Source of the DNA: an uncultured Chloroflexia bacterium
GTDB lineage: Bacteria; Chloroflexota; Limnocylindria; Limnocylindrales; CSP1-4
Reading direction: 5' to 3'
DNA: 64,000 nucleotides
Assembly (NCBI GenBank): GCA_963768655.1
Contig: CAVYIM010000009.1
Span: 160,001 to 224,000 of the forward strand
The notes under the pieces are model-generated. The model was not told the origin of the DNA. It did no database searches and worked only from the letters and a program-made list of their open reading frames with translations. This document shows positions 51,155 to 61,062 of the stretch, piece after piece. The position numbers and the translations under genes are program-made. Position 1 is the first letter of the stretch; the number at the start of each line of letters is the position of its first letter.

Positions 51155-51568
51155 TCAGTCGGCCGGCTTTCGCTCCTCTTCGCCCCACCTGGCGTCGTTG
51201 TACAGCGCTCGCAGGAACAGCAGTCGATTGATCTGGGAGATCGTCCAGGGCGAGACGTTCGTCGGCAAACCGGAGACGTAGCCGATCACGCCCGCCGCCT
51301 CGGCCCCCGTGAGCCCGCTCGAGACAAGCTGGCGATAAGACGCCTGGATCTTGATCGTTCGCGGTCGCACGTCTGGCGCCATGACAGATGCGACCGAGAC
51401 GGTGGTCTCGTCTGCGAGTGGATCGGGGATCGGCGTGGATGGGTCGATCCCGATGGGCACCGGCGTCGCCTGCGAGTTCCGTGCGGCACGCGGAGCGCGG
51501 GAGGGCGTCTGCCGTCCAGCCGTCTGTCCGGCGCCGTCTGCGCTCGGGTGATCTGCCTTGCCAGTCAT
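51155..51568 (-). CDS. Small hypothetical protein with C-terminal W..SQINRLLFLRALY motif
   Basis: GAAAGG SD before ATG 51568. Only this 3' part of the 703-aa track ORF looks coding. Confidence 0.6.
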   Translation of the reverse strand: MTGKADHPSADGAGQTAGRQTPSRAPRAARNSQATPVPIGIDPSTPIPDPLADETTVSVASVMAPDVRPRTIKIQASYRQLVSSGLTGAEAAGVIGYVSGLPTNVSPWTISQINRLLFLRALYNDARWGEEERKPAD

Positions 51569-51919
51569 CTCGCTAACCTTTCGACCCTTTGCTGTGGTAT
51601 CGGTGACGAGAGCCCTTGCCCAAACCTGGGGGATCGCCGCTCGACCGATGGATTCGGTCCGGCTCCTGCCGTCCGTACCGGAAGGGTCGGTGCCGGGGCG
51701 GCCCGGCACGATACCCCGCACGGCTGAAGGTCCCAGGTACTTGCGGTCCATCAATGGTTCGTTCGGATTAGCCGGTTCGGTGAGCGCCACCCACGGTGGT
51801 GGGGTGGACCGCGCCTCGGGCCCGCTGCCCCGGCGAGCTCGCCTCGCTGCCGGGCCCGGAGCCGCCCGGCCGAGCAAGATGCCGGCAGCGATCCGGCCGA
51901 TCCGGGCTAGACTGCCCGG

Positions 51920-53110
51920 GTGCGCGTCCGCCTCTTCGAACTGCGGCTTCTGGCCGTCGCCCTCACCGTCCTCTGGGCCGCGGGCGGAGGCATCGTTCTG
52001 ATCGGCTACCGACCGGGCGGTCCATGGGATCTGCTCGTGGGCGTGACCGCCGCGTTGCCGCTCTTCGTGGCCGTGGCCCCGATCGTGTGGCCGCCGCTGG
52101 TGACGAGCGATCGCGGCTCCGCCGGGGTCTTCTGGATCGGCCTGGTGGCAGGGCTGCTGCTGGTCCCTTCGATCGTCAGTGTCACCGCGCAGGTTCTGGC
52201 GCGAACTTCCGAGCCGCTGCTGCCGTCCGCCGAGGTCGTCTACCCATGGGCTGTCGCACTGCTCGCCACCAGCCTCTTCGCCGGCCTGGGAGTGAGTCGC
52301 CAGCTGATCACCGAAACCGGCATCGGGCGCAAGCGCCTGGCCGCCGCGATCGGCTTCGCGCTTGTGACGACCACGATCATCGGAGGCGCCTTCGCCGGCG
52401 TCAGCCTGGCCGACAACGCAGCGTTGAGCAACATGCCGGCCGCATACTCGCGGTTCGGCCCGACCGCCGCCGATCTCACGCCTCCCCAGTGCGACCAGGC
52501 GTTCCAGCCGGCGGCCACGGCACAGCTTGCGCTCGACGTCTGGGGCGACGTCGACACGCGCTCCATCGGCACCGTGGAGCTGACCGGGCAGCGCTCCGGC
52601 AGCGACGTCGCCTGGACGGCGCAGGTCGTACGCAGCGACCTCTTCGGCGAGTTCGGTGCCATTCGGGTCGGCTCCCAGGCATGGCTGCTGGCACCCGGAC
52701 AGGGCTGGAACAGCGTTCCCTACGCCTCGCTCGATTCGGACATGGTCGATGCCACGGCCACCGCCGAAGCTCTCTCGTCCGGGAACCGCGCGACGGCCGA
52801 GGATCGCGGGCTCGAGTACGTCGAGGGGGCGCGCGCCCGCCATTGCCGCGTGGCGATCGACGGGACGACCTTCGGGGCGTCGTTCCCGCAGGTCGTGTGG
52901 CTGGTCGCCGACGCGAGTCTGGCGACGTGGCGGGGTGAGATCGACTACTGGGTCTTCGGCGACGGCGAGATCGGCCAGATCACCGGCTCGGTGAACGGGA
53001 ACGCGCAGGAGATCCTGCCTCACGGCTTGCTGGCGACGGTCCAGATCAAGCTCACGGCGACCGACCGCGGCCAGCCCGTCAGCATCTCGCCGCCGACGTC
53101 CGGGCAATGA
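51920..53110 (+). CDS. Multi-pass membrane protein with a C-terminal extracytoplasmic (LppX/LolA-like) domain
   Basis: About 5 TM helices, then a beta-rich domain (GLEYVEGARARHC, IDYWVFGDG). TAGACT-6nt-GTG start. ATGA overlap with the WYL gene. Confidence 0.7.
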   Translation: MRVRLFELRLLAVALTVLWAAGGGIVLIGYRPGGPWDLLVGVTAALPLFVAVAPIVWPPLVTSDRGSAGVFWIGLVAGLLLVPSIVSVTAQVLARTSEPLLPSAEVVYPWAVALLATSLFAGLGVSRQLITETGIGRKRLAAAIGFALVTTTIIGGAFAGVSLADNAALSNMPAAYSRFGPTAADLTPPQCDQAFQPAATAQLALDVWGDVDTRSIGTVELTGQRSGSDVAWTAQVVRSDLFGEFGAIRVGSQAWLLAPGQGWNSVPYASLDSDMVDATATAEALSSGNRATAEDRGLEYVEGARARHCRVAIDGTTFGASFPQVVWLVADASLATWRGEIDYWVFGDGEIGQITGSVNGNAQEILPHGLLATVQIKLTATDRGQPVSISPPTSGQ

Positions 53111-54267
53111 CGCCGACGGCGCCACGCGACCCCGACCGAGCCAGCGGCCCGGCTCCGCAGCGACCGGCGCCCGAGCCCGCCTCTGCCGCCGCGCCGGTTT
53201 CCGCGGCCGCGGCCGAGGCGGCGCCCCCCGCGGTCCCCAAGCCCGCCGCGGCCCCCGCGCCGGCACCGGAACGAGCCTTCGATCGTGGAACCGATCGCGC
53301 CTCGGCCAAGCACGATCGGCTGGCCCGGTTCTACCGCGTCGTCCGCTACCTGGCGGCCCACCCCGAGGGTGCCACGCCCGACGCGATCGCCGGTTTCGTG
53401 GGCATGTCCAGGCGGACCGTCTACCGGGACCTGCAGGCCCTGGAAATCGAGATCGAGATCCCGCTGTGGAGCGAGGGCGGCAGGTGGGGGATCGTCGAAG
53501 GGGCGTTCCTGCCGCCGCTGCGCCTCACCCTGGATGAGGCCGTGGCCTTCTTCTTCGCGGCGCGGCTGACGGCCCAGTTTGCCGACCGCTACGAGCCCGA
53601 CATGGGCGCCGCATTCCAGAAGCTGGCGGAGATCCTGCCGCCCGTCGTGGCACGGCACCTGGAGCGGACGATCGACGTCCTGGCGAGCCGGCCCGCGGAC
53701 GAGCAGCTGACCCGCAATCTCCGGACTCTCGCCCGCGCCTGGGCCGAGCGGCGGGTCGTCGAGCTGGTCTACGACGCCGCAACCTACAGTCCCGGCCGAC
53801 CGCCGAGACGGTCGCGCGTCCGGCCCTACCTGCTGGAGGCGTCGGCAACGACGCGGGCGCTGTACTTGATGGGTTTCGACGAGTCGCGCGAGGCGATTCG
53901 CACCTTCAAGCTGCAGCGGATCCTGGAGCTCTCGCTGACGCCCGACACTTTCGAGCCGCCCGAACCGCGCCTCGCCCAGGAGAGCCTGGGTCGGGCCTGG
54001 GGCGTCATCGCCGACCAGGAGGAAGTCGAAGTCGTGCTTCGCTTCGACCCCGCGATCGCCAGCCTCGTGACGGAGACGACCTGGCATCCGACGGAACAGG
54101 TCACGCGCGAGGCCGACGGCGGCGTGGTGTGGCGCGGGCGCGTACCCGGCACGCTGGAGATCCGGCGCTGGATCCTGGAGTGGGGCGCGCAAGTAGAAGT
54201 CCTGGCGCCTCCGGAGCTGCGGGCCGAGGTCGCGGCTACTTACCGAGCGGCGGCGGCGCGGTACTGA
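53107..54267 (+). CDS. HTH-WYL-WCX transcriptional regulator (PafB/PafC-like)
   Basis: MSRRTVYRDLQAL HTH, VRPYLL..LYLMG..IRTFKLQRI WYL domain, and WILEWGAQVEVLAPPELR WCX domain. Confidence 0.93.
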   Translation: MTPTAPRDPDRASGPAPQRPAPEPASAAAPVSAAAAEAAPPAVPKPAAAPAPAPERAFDRGTDRASAKHDRLARFYRVVRYLAAHPEGATPDAIAGFVGMSRRTVYRDLQALEIEIEIPLWSEGGRWGIVEGAFLPPLRLTLDEAVAFFFAARLTAQFADRYEPDMGAAFQKLAEILPPVVARHLERTIDVLASRPADEQLTRNLRTLARAWAERRVVELVYDAATYSPGRPPRRSRVRPYLLEASATTRALYLMGFDESREAIRTFKLQRILELSLTPDTFEPPEPRLAQESLGRAWGVIADQEEVEVVLRFDPAIASLVTETTWHPTEQVTREADGGVVWRGRVPGTLEIRRWILEWGAQVEVLAPPELRAEVAATYRAAAARY

Positions 54268-54398
54268 GACGGCGCGGCATCGGCGAAGGCGCGGCGTCGC
54301 GCGGCCGGAGATGGCTGTGTTTCCGCAGACCGGGCGCCCGCGCTCCGGGCATGGCAAGTTGGGCGGTAGTCCGGCTCGCGGGAGGCTACGCTTGTGCG

Positions 54399-55877
54399 AT
54401 GGAGTCGAAGCCTGACGCCGCGCGAGCCACCGAACGTGATGAGCGCCCTATGGATGGCCAGGTCCACCCGCAAATGTGGGCCGTCAACCTCGTCAGCGAC
54501 CCCATCCATGGCTACATCGAGCTGACCAAGCGCCTCACGCCCGAGCACGCGCGCGCCCTCGGCCTGGCGCCTGAAGAGGCGGCTGAAGGCGACATGCTCG
54601 ACTCGGCCTGGCTGCAACGGATGCGCCGCATCAGCCAGCTGCAGAGCGCCCGCTGGGTGTTCCCTACGGCCGAGCACAGCCGTTTCACCCACGGCCTGGG
54701 CGTGATGCACGAGGCCGGGTTATGGGCCCGCCACCTGTATCCCAGCCTCAGGACGGCGCTGGCCGCCGTGGAGCCAGGGCGGCCGGCCCCGTCCGAGGGC
54801 CTGGTCGTGGAGACCCTTCGGCTGGCCGGGTTGCTGCACGACGTCGGGCACGGGCCGTTCGCCCACTTCTTCGACGAGCACGTGCTTTGCCACTTCCCGG
54901 CTCCCGCCGATCCGCGTCGAGGCGAGGGCAAGAGCCTGACTCACGAGGATCTCTCGGCGCTGATCATCGAGCGCGAGCTGGGCGAGACGATCGCCGCGAT
55001 CCGGCGCGCGCCCGGCGTCGTGCCCGAGCGAGATGCGCTGGCGCCGGACGAACGCATCGATCCGCGCTGGGTTTCGTTCCTGATCTCGAAGCCGGCCCTG
55101 GCGGATGCATCGATGCCGCTCTGGCTACGCTGGTTGCAGCCGTTGCTCTCGGGCGTTTTCACGGTCGACAACCTCGACTACGTCCGGCGCGACTCGTACA
55201 TGATCGGCGTCTCCACCGGCCCGGTGGACGTGGAGCGGCTGCGCCGCTACAGCTTCGTCGGGCCGCGCGGGCTGTCGCTGTACGAGCCCGGGCTGGGAGC
55301 CCTGGAGATGTTCCTCAGCGCCCGACTCTTCATGTATCAGCAGATCTACTTCCACCGGTCCGTCCGGGCGATCGACCTCGATCTCGCCGAGGTCTTCCGG
55401 CCGAGCATTCTGGCGATCTTTGGCGAGTCTTCTCCGGCCGAGGCCCTGAGCCATTACGCGGACCTGGACGAGTACGCCCTGCTGCACCAGGCCGCTCTCT
55501 GGGCGCGAGGCGAGGCCCTCGCCGACGAACCGGCACCGGGCGACGGGACGGTCACTCCCGCGGTCGGCCGGGTCTGGCAGGCGATCCTGCTGCGGCGGTC
55601 GCGCTGGCGTGCCGAGTCCGAGCTGCGCCGCGACTACGAGGAGCCGGAACGCGAGGCGACGCGAGCTGCGGCGCGCCTCCAGCTCGGCGGGGCGACGCCG
55701 TGGCTGGTGAGCATCGACCTGGCCGAGATCGACGCCCGCCCGGCCGACGCCACGGCCACCGATTCGCTGCTCGCCATCGTGGGTCGTGACGGCGCCCCGG
55801 CGGCGCCGCTCAGCCAGTCGCTCGGTCGATTGCCCGCCTACTCGCTGGTGGCGAGGCGGTACCGCCGCACCGGTTGA
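54399..55877 (+). CDS. HD-domain phosphohydrolase, SAMHD1/dNTP-triphosphohydrolase-like
   Basis: DPIHG, QRMRRISQL, HSRFTHGLG, LLHDVGHGPFAH, DNLDYVRRD and MYQQIYFH. TACGCT-6nt-ATG start. Confidence 0.88.
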   Translation: MESKPDAARATERDERPMDGQVHPQMWAVNLVSDPIHGYIELTKRLTPEHARALGLAPEEAAEGDMLDSAWLQRMRRISQLQSARWVFPTAEHSRFTHGLGVMHEAGLWARHLYPSLRTALAAVEPGRPAPSEGLVVETLRLAGLLHDVGHGPFAHFFDEHVLCHFPAPADPRRGEGKSLTHEDLSALIIERELGETIAAIRRAPGVVPERDALAPDERIDPRWVSFLISKPALADASMPLWLRWLQPLLSGVFTVDNLDYVRRDSYMIGVSTGPVDVERLRRYSFVGPRGLSLYEPGLGALEMFLSARLFMYQQIYFHRSVRAIDLDLAEVFRPSILAIFGESSPAEALSHYADLDEYALLHQAALWARGEALADEPAPGDGTVTPAVGRVWQAILLRRSRWRAESELRRDYEEPEREATRAAARLQLGGATPWLVSIDLAEIDARPADATATDSLLAIVGRDGAPAAPLSQSLGRLPAYSLVARRYRRTG

Positions 55878-55946
55878 CGACCGCGGCAACGGCGGGCCGG
55901 CCGCCAGAGGCGCGCCCCGGCCGCCCCCCTTGCCGCCTCACCGGCT

Positions 55947-56888
55947 CTAGCTTTGGGGGCTCGCCGACGGGCTCGCGGAGGGGTGAGCCGCTGCCCAGGC
56001 GGCGGCGTCGGCGGGCCGAAGCGTCTGCATCTCCGTGACGTCGTTCCGATACGGCAGCACCAGCAACGGGTCTATACGGGCGATTTCGGTGGCCGGGAGG
56101 TGGTAGTCCTTGATGTACTGCGGCAGGTTCGCGAAGGTCGCCGTCTCGAGGGGGCTGTACAGGCCGAAGTGGACGTGGCAGCCGGTGGCGTCGCCGGTTG
56201 CGCCCTCGTAGCCGATGATCTGGCCGGCTTTGACGTGCTGTCCGGCCTTGACCAGGACCCCGGGCCACTCGTGAGCGTAGATGCTGCGATAGCCGTCCCC
56301 GTCGTCGATGACGATGACGACCGGCAACGACGCCTTCAGGGCCGGCGACGAGAACTTCTTCTTGTAGAGGGTCAGATCGCCGATCCAGCCCATGTAGTCG
56401 ACGTAGTCACGCCCGGCCGTCAGGACGACTCCGTCGTGGGCCGCCATGACGTTGTCGCCGCAATGGGTGGCCATGTCCACGCCGTCGTGGAACAGCTGGC
56501 CGTTCACCAGGAAATCGCCATAGCTGCTCGGCCCGAAAGGTAGCGTCACTCGGGCGTCGACGAGCGGCCAGACGTAGCCGGTCAGCTCCGAGGCCGGGGT
56601 CGGCGTGGGCGGGCCCGGGAACGGCGTCGGGGCCGGAGTGGCTGTGGGAGACGGTGTCGGCGAAGGAGTGGGCGTGGGAGACGGTGTCGGCGAAGGAGTG
56701 GGCGTGGGGCTCGAGGTGGGCAGCGGCGCGATCGCCGGGCGCGACATGAGGACCGACCCCGCCACCAGGGCCACGACGGCGGCGACTGCCACGAGCGCGA
56801 AGGCGAAACCCGGGATGACCACGCGAGTCCAGCGCGAGCCACGCGAAGCTCGTCGGTGAGCGCCGGCTCTTGGAAACTCCGATGACAT
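55947..56888 (-). CDS. M23 family metallopeptidase with N-terminal anchor and PT-rich linker
   Basis: HDGVD, YAH, GQIIGYEGATG..TGCHVHF. Confidence 0.88.
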   Translation of the reverse strand: MSSEFPRAGAHRRASRGSRWTRVVIPGFAFALVAVAAVVALVAGSVLMSRPAIAPLPTSSPTPTPSPTPSPTPTPSPTPSPTATPAPTPFPGPPTPTPASELTGYVWPLVDARVTLPFGPSSYGDFLVNGQLFHDGVDMATHCGDNVMAAHDGVVLTAGRDYVDYMGWIGDLTLYKKKFSSPALKASLPVVIVIDDGDGYRSIYAHEWPGVLVKAGQHVKAGQIIGYEGATGDATGCHVHFGLYSPLETATFANLPQYIKDYHLPATEIARIDPLLVLPYRNDVTEMQTLRPADAAAWAAAHPSASPSASPQS

Positions 56889-57200
56889 GTCGTGGAAGCT
56901 GCCCATCATCGATCCTTGTAGCACGGAACGGCCGCGGGCGCCACCGTTTGGCATGGTGACGCGCGCGGCGGCTGCCGCCTCACGTTCGCGACGCCGCACC
57001 CCGGGTTGCGCGATCAGGCGCTGTGGCGGCACACTGCACTCGCACCGACCCGATCGCCGGCGGCGATCTGCACGCAGCGGTGACACAGAACGGAGTTCGC
57101 TTCCACCACGGCGGACTCTTCAGTCGGGCGGCGCCCGTCAGCGGGCCCGTCGAACGGGCCGGTAACAGCCGTCGAAGGCCCAGAGATCGGAGGCAGACAG

Positions 57201-59531
57201 TTGCGCCGAGCCACCACCCTCTGCCGGGTTGCCGCCGCCTTCGCCCTGATGGGCTTGACCGCGATCGGGACCGCATCGACGGCCGCCGCCGCCTCGACGC
57301 CGGGTGTGTGGACCGTCACGGGCAGCCTGCCGCAGGCGACGGGCTTCGCGCCCGCCGTGCTGCTGAAGGACGGCACTGTCATCACGGCCGGTGGGACCGA
57401 CGGTACCTCGTTCACGGCTGCCGCCGAGCGATTCTCCGGCGGAACCTGGACCAGCGCCGGATCGATCGGGCAGGCCGTAGCCGGCCAGGTTGCCGCAAGA
57501 CTGCCCGACGGCGACGCTCTCTTCGCGGGCGGAGCCGATGCCATGAGCTACTACACGGACGGCGACCTCTTCAACCCGGCGGACGGCGGTACCTGGAACC
57601 AGACGCCGGCGATGACCCACGCTCATGCGTACGGCGTCGCCGCTTCCCTGGCGAACGGCGACGTGATGGTCATCGGCGGATACGACGGTGGAGCCAGCTT
57701 CACGACAGGCGCGGTCGACATCTACTCAGCGGCCGGCGGGACGTGGAGCGCCGGGCCGACACTCCCCGGCGGCCGGTACGCTTTCACGGCCACGACCCTG
57801 AGCGATGGCCGCGTGCTGGTCGCGGGGGGCGACGACGGCTCGCTCATGCCCGGCTCGGCCCTCTCCTCAGTCGAGATCTACCAGCCGGGGTCCGGCGGGT
57901 CCGCCGGCAAGTGGTCCGCTGCCGAATCGATGAAGAAGGTCCGCCTCGACGCGGCTGCCGTCCTGCTCAACGACGGCCGGGTTCTCGTCGCCGGCGGGGT
58001 CGATGCCAGCGGAACGGCCCTCAATACGGCCGAGGTCTTCGATCCGACGACCGGCCACTGGACGCTCACCGGCACGATGTCGTACGCCCGGGCCGGGTTC
58101 ACGATGACGGTTCTCCCCGACGGTCGAGTAGTTGCGGCGGGCGGCTACGCGACCAGCCCGAGCCAGGCCCTGACCACCGCCGACCTGTTCGACCCGACGA
58201 CGGGCGGCTGGACGGCCACGGGGTCGCTCACCACCGGGCGCCGATACCAGGCCGCCACATCGCTGGCCAACGGCAGCGTGCTCGTGATCGGTGGCCATGG
58301 CGCCTCGGCCGACTACCTGGCGTCGTGTGAGATCTTCACGCCGCCGCCGGCGCGGGTGACGTATCCGGCCACGACCTTCCATCCGCTCGTCCCGGCCCGA
58401 ATCCTCGACACTCGCGTTGGCAACGGCCTGAGCGGCCTCCTCTCCAACAGGGTGCCCCGCCAGTTCCAGGTGACCGGCCGGGGCAACGTGCCCAGCGGCG
58501 CGGTCGCGGTGACGGGCATCCTGACCACAACCGGGTCGACGGCCGGGGGTTACATGACGCTCGGGCCCGTCTTCACCGGCGCGCCGACGTTCTCCTCACT
58601 CAACTTCCCGAAAGGCGACAACAGGGCCAACAACGTCGTGGTCGCCCTCGACGCGAACGGGATGCTGTCCGTGGTCTACGTGGGCACCGGCCGGACTCAA
58701 GCCATCTTCGACGTCACCGGCTACTTCACCGCGGACAACACCGGGGCGACCTTCTTTCCGCTCAATCCGGCGCGCGTCCTCGACAGCCGAAATGGCACGG
58801 GCTTGAGCGGCAAGTTCGCGACGAAGGTCGCTCGCAGCTTCGCGGTTGCCAACAACGCCGCCAACGACGGCGTGCCGAAAGGGGCACTGGCTGTGACCGG
58901 CAACCTGACCCTGGTCGGTCCGACCAGCAAGGGATGGGCTTTCGTGGGCCCGTCGGTCCCGTCGGACCCCACCACCTTGAACTGTTCGACCGTCAACGCG
59001 CCGGCGGGTGACACTCGGGCCGACGGAGTCACGGTCATGCTCGGCGCCAGCGGCACCCTGACGGCCGTCTGGGTGGGTACGGCCGGGTCCACCGCCGATC
59101 TCGTGTTCGACGTCACGGGCTACTTCGCGGCGGGCACGAGCGGCTCCAAGTTCGTGCCGATCGAGCCGACCCGGCTCGTCGATACCCGCTACAACTTGCC
59201 GTTCACCGGCCCGGTGGCGAAGGCTACGCCGGTCCAGCTGGCCATCGCGGGTCACGCCACGGTTCCGCTGAACGCAACCGGAATCAGCGGCAACCTGACC
59301 GTGACCCAACAGACCTACGCCGGCTACCTGACGGTCGCGCCGACTCTCGCACCCGGAGTCGCGCCGTCGTTCTCGACCGTCAACTTCCCCAAGGGCGACA
59401 ACAGGGCGAACGGTTTCTACGTGCGTTTGAACAGCGACGGATCGCTGGCGGTGGTGTACGAGGCGACGCGCGCCGGCTCGACGACGCAGTTCATCATCGA
59501 CATCACCGGCTACTTCCTGCCCGCACCGTAG
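57201..59531 (+). CDS. Secreted kelch/galactose-oxidase-like propeller with three C-terminal P.R.LD(T/S)R repeats
   Basis: Signal peptide, about 7 L.DGRVLVAGG repeats, and three repeats PARILDTR/PARVLDSR/PTRLVDTR ending (F/I)D(V/I)TGYF. Confidence 0.85.
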   Translation: MRRATTLCRVAAAFALMGLTAIGTASTAAAASTPGVWTVTGSLPQATGFAPAVLLKDGTVITAGGTDGTSFTAAAERFSGGTWTSAGSIGQAVAGQVAARLPDGDALFAGGADAMSYYTDGDLFNPADGGTWNQTPAMTHAHAYGVAASLANGDVMVIGGYDGGASFTTGAVDIYSAAGGTWSAGPTLPGGRYAFTATTLSDGRVLVAGGDDGSLMPGSALSSVEIYQPGSGGSAGKWSAAESMKKVRLDAAAVLLNDGRVLVAGGVDASGTALNTAEVFDPTTGHWTLTGTMSYARAGFTMTVLPDGRVVAAGGYATSPSQALTTADLFDPTTGGWTATGSLTTGRRYQAATSLANGSVLVIGGHGASADYLASCEIFTPPPARVTYPATTFHPLVPARILDTRVGNGLSGLLSNRVPRQFQVTGRGNVPSGAVAVTGILTTTGSTAGGYMTLGPVFTGAPTFSSLNFPKGDNRANNVVVALDANGMLSVVYVGTGRTQAIFDVTGYFTADNTGATFFPLNPARVLDSRNGTGLSGKFATKVARSFAVANNAANDGVPKGALAVTGNLTLVGPTSKGWAFVGPSVPSDPTTLNCSTVNAPAGDTRADGVTVMLGASGTLTAVWVGTAGSTADLVFDVTGYFAAGTSGSKFVPIEPTRLVDTRYNLPFTGPVAKATPVQLAIAGHATVPLNATGISGNLTVTQQTYAGYLTVAPTLAPGVAPSFSTVNFPKGDNRANGFYVRLNSDGSLAVVYEATRAGSTTQFIIDITGYFLPAP

Positions 59532-59660
59532 CTCCGAGGAGTGGGCTGGTCGTAGACCCGCGACCGGACCCTATCCATAATGTGAGCAGTACGGTCCAGG
59601 TGCAGGCGCCTGGCAACCGCCGTCGCCGGCGTTCCGCCCATCTGCCAGAGGAGAGAGCCT

Positions 59661-61061
59661 GTGGACGTCGTCCAGCTGTCGCGTCTCCAGTTCGCCCTGA
59701 CGATCAGCTTTCACTTCATCTTTCCATCGATCACGATCGGGCTCGCCGGCCTGATTGCGATCACGGAGACGCTGCGCTGGCGCACGAGGCGCGAAGTCTA
59801 CGATCGGATGGCCGTCTTCCTGACGAAGTTGTTCGCCGTAACCTTCGTCATCGGCGTCGTGAGCGGTGTGGTGATGGAGTTCCAGTTCGGCACGAACTGG
59901 TCCACCTTCTCCGGCTACGTCGGCGACATCTTCGGGGCGCCGCTTGCGGCCGAAGGCGTATTCGCCTTCTTCCTCGAATCGGCGTTCGTCGGCCTCATTC
60001 TCTTCGGCCGCGACCGAATCTCGTCGACGGTCCGTTGGGTCGCCGGCCTGCTGGTCGCCTTCGGCACTCTCCTTTCGGCCTTCTGGATTCTTGTGGCCAA
60101 CTCGTTCATGCAGACGCCGGCCGGCTACACCTGCTCTCCGGATCCGGCCTGCGGACCCACGACCACGAAGCTCGTCCTGACCAACTTCTGGGCGGCCGTG
60201 TTCAACCCCTCGACGCTGCCGCGCTTCTTCCACACGGTTGCCGCCTGCTACGTCGCCGGCGCCTTCTTCCTGGTCGGCGTTGCCGCCTGGTATCTGCTGC
60301 GCGGGCGCCACCTCGACGTCGCGCGGCTCTCGCTGCGCCTCGGCATCGTCGTGGCGTTCATCGGGTCTGGGCTGATGTTCGTGAGCGGCGATCTCCAGAC
60401 TCGTGAGGTGGCCAACTACCAGCCACTCAAGTTCGCGGCCATGGAGGGCGTCTGCAAAACCGACACGAATGTCGAGCTGGCGATCTTCGGGATCCCGCCG
60501 AGCCAGGACTGCAGCGCCGCGGCCGAAGCGCTGGCCGTCCCCGACGGCCTCAGCCTGATGATGAACTTCAATCCCAACAGCCAGATCAAGGGCCTGGATC
60601 AGCAACCCGACCAGTCACTCTGGCCGCCCGTCGCGATCCCGTTCGTCGGCTTTCACACCATGGTCGGCATCGGCGCGCTGATGCTGCTCCTCATGGCGCT
60701 GGGCGCTCTGTTCCTGTGGCGGCGGTCGGTGGAATCGCACCGCTGGTGGCTGAAGCTGGCGGTAGTCGCCATTCCGCTGCCGATCCTGGCCATCGAGATC
60801 GGCTGGATGGTCGCCGAGGTGGGCCGCCAGCCCTGGATCGTCTACGGCCTGATGAAGACTTCCGCCGGCGTCTCGCCCGGAGTCTCGAGCACGGACGTCG
60901 CGATCTCGATCACCGGGATCGTGCTGCTCTACACGCTCCTGTTCTTCCTGTGGCTGTATTCGCTCGTGAAGGAGATCAGTCGCGGCCCCGAAGCGGCGCC
61001 CGGTAAAGCCGGAGCCGGCGCTTCGGGCGCGGCCACGGCCGCGAGCGCGGGAGGCCGCTGA
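59661..61061 (+). CDS. cydA: Cytochrome bd oxidase subunit I
   Basis: SRLQFA..HFIF, EFQFGTNW, KFAAMEG, FHTMVG and EVGRQPW. Confidence 0.96.
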   Translation: MDVVQLSRLQFALTISFHFIFPSITIGLAGLIAITETLRWRTRREVYDRMAVFLTKLFAVTFVIGVVSGVVMEFQFGTNWSTFSGYVGDIFGAPLAAEGVFAFFLESAFVGLILFGRDRISSTVRWVAGLLVAFGTLLSAFWILVANSFMQTPAGYTCSPDPACGPTTTKLVLTNFWAAVFNPSTLPRFFHTVAACYVAGAFFLVGVAAWYLLRGRHLDVARLSLRLGIVVAFIGSGLMFVSGDLQTREVANYQPLKFAAMEGVCKTDTNVELAIFGIPPSQDCSAAAEALAVPDGLSLMMNFNPNSQIKGLDQQPDQSLWPPVAIPFVGFHTMVGIGALMLLLMALGALFLWRRSVESHRWWLKLAVVAIPLPILAIEIGWMVAEVGRQPWIVYGLMKTSAGVSPGVSSTDVAISITGIVLLYTLLFFLWLYSLVKEISRGPEAAPGKAGAGASGAATAASAGGR

Positions 61062-61062
61062 C

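Noticed and set aside
51569-53266. 5' part of the 703-aa minus-strand ORF
   Set aside because: Mostly an antisense shadow of the membrane protein gene; only the last 137 aa look coding.
56644-56703. 30-bp repeat in the M23 gene
   Set aside because: It encodes an ordinary PT/PS linker.
57110-57200. Riboswitch before the kelch gene (CCCGTCAGC)
   Set aside because: Only a short partial match; the rest of the consensus is absent.
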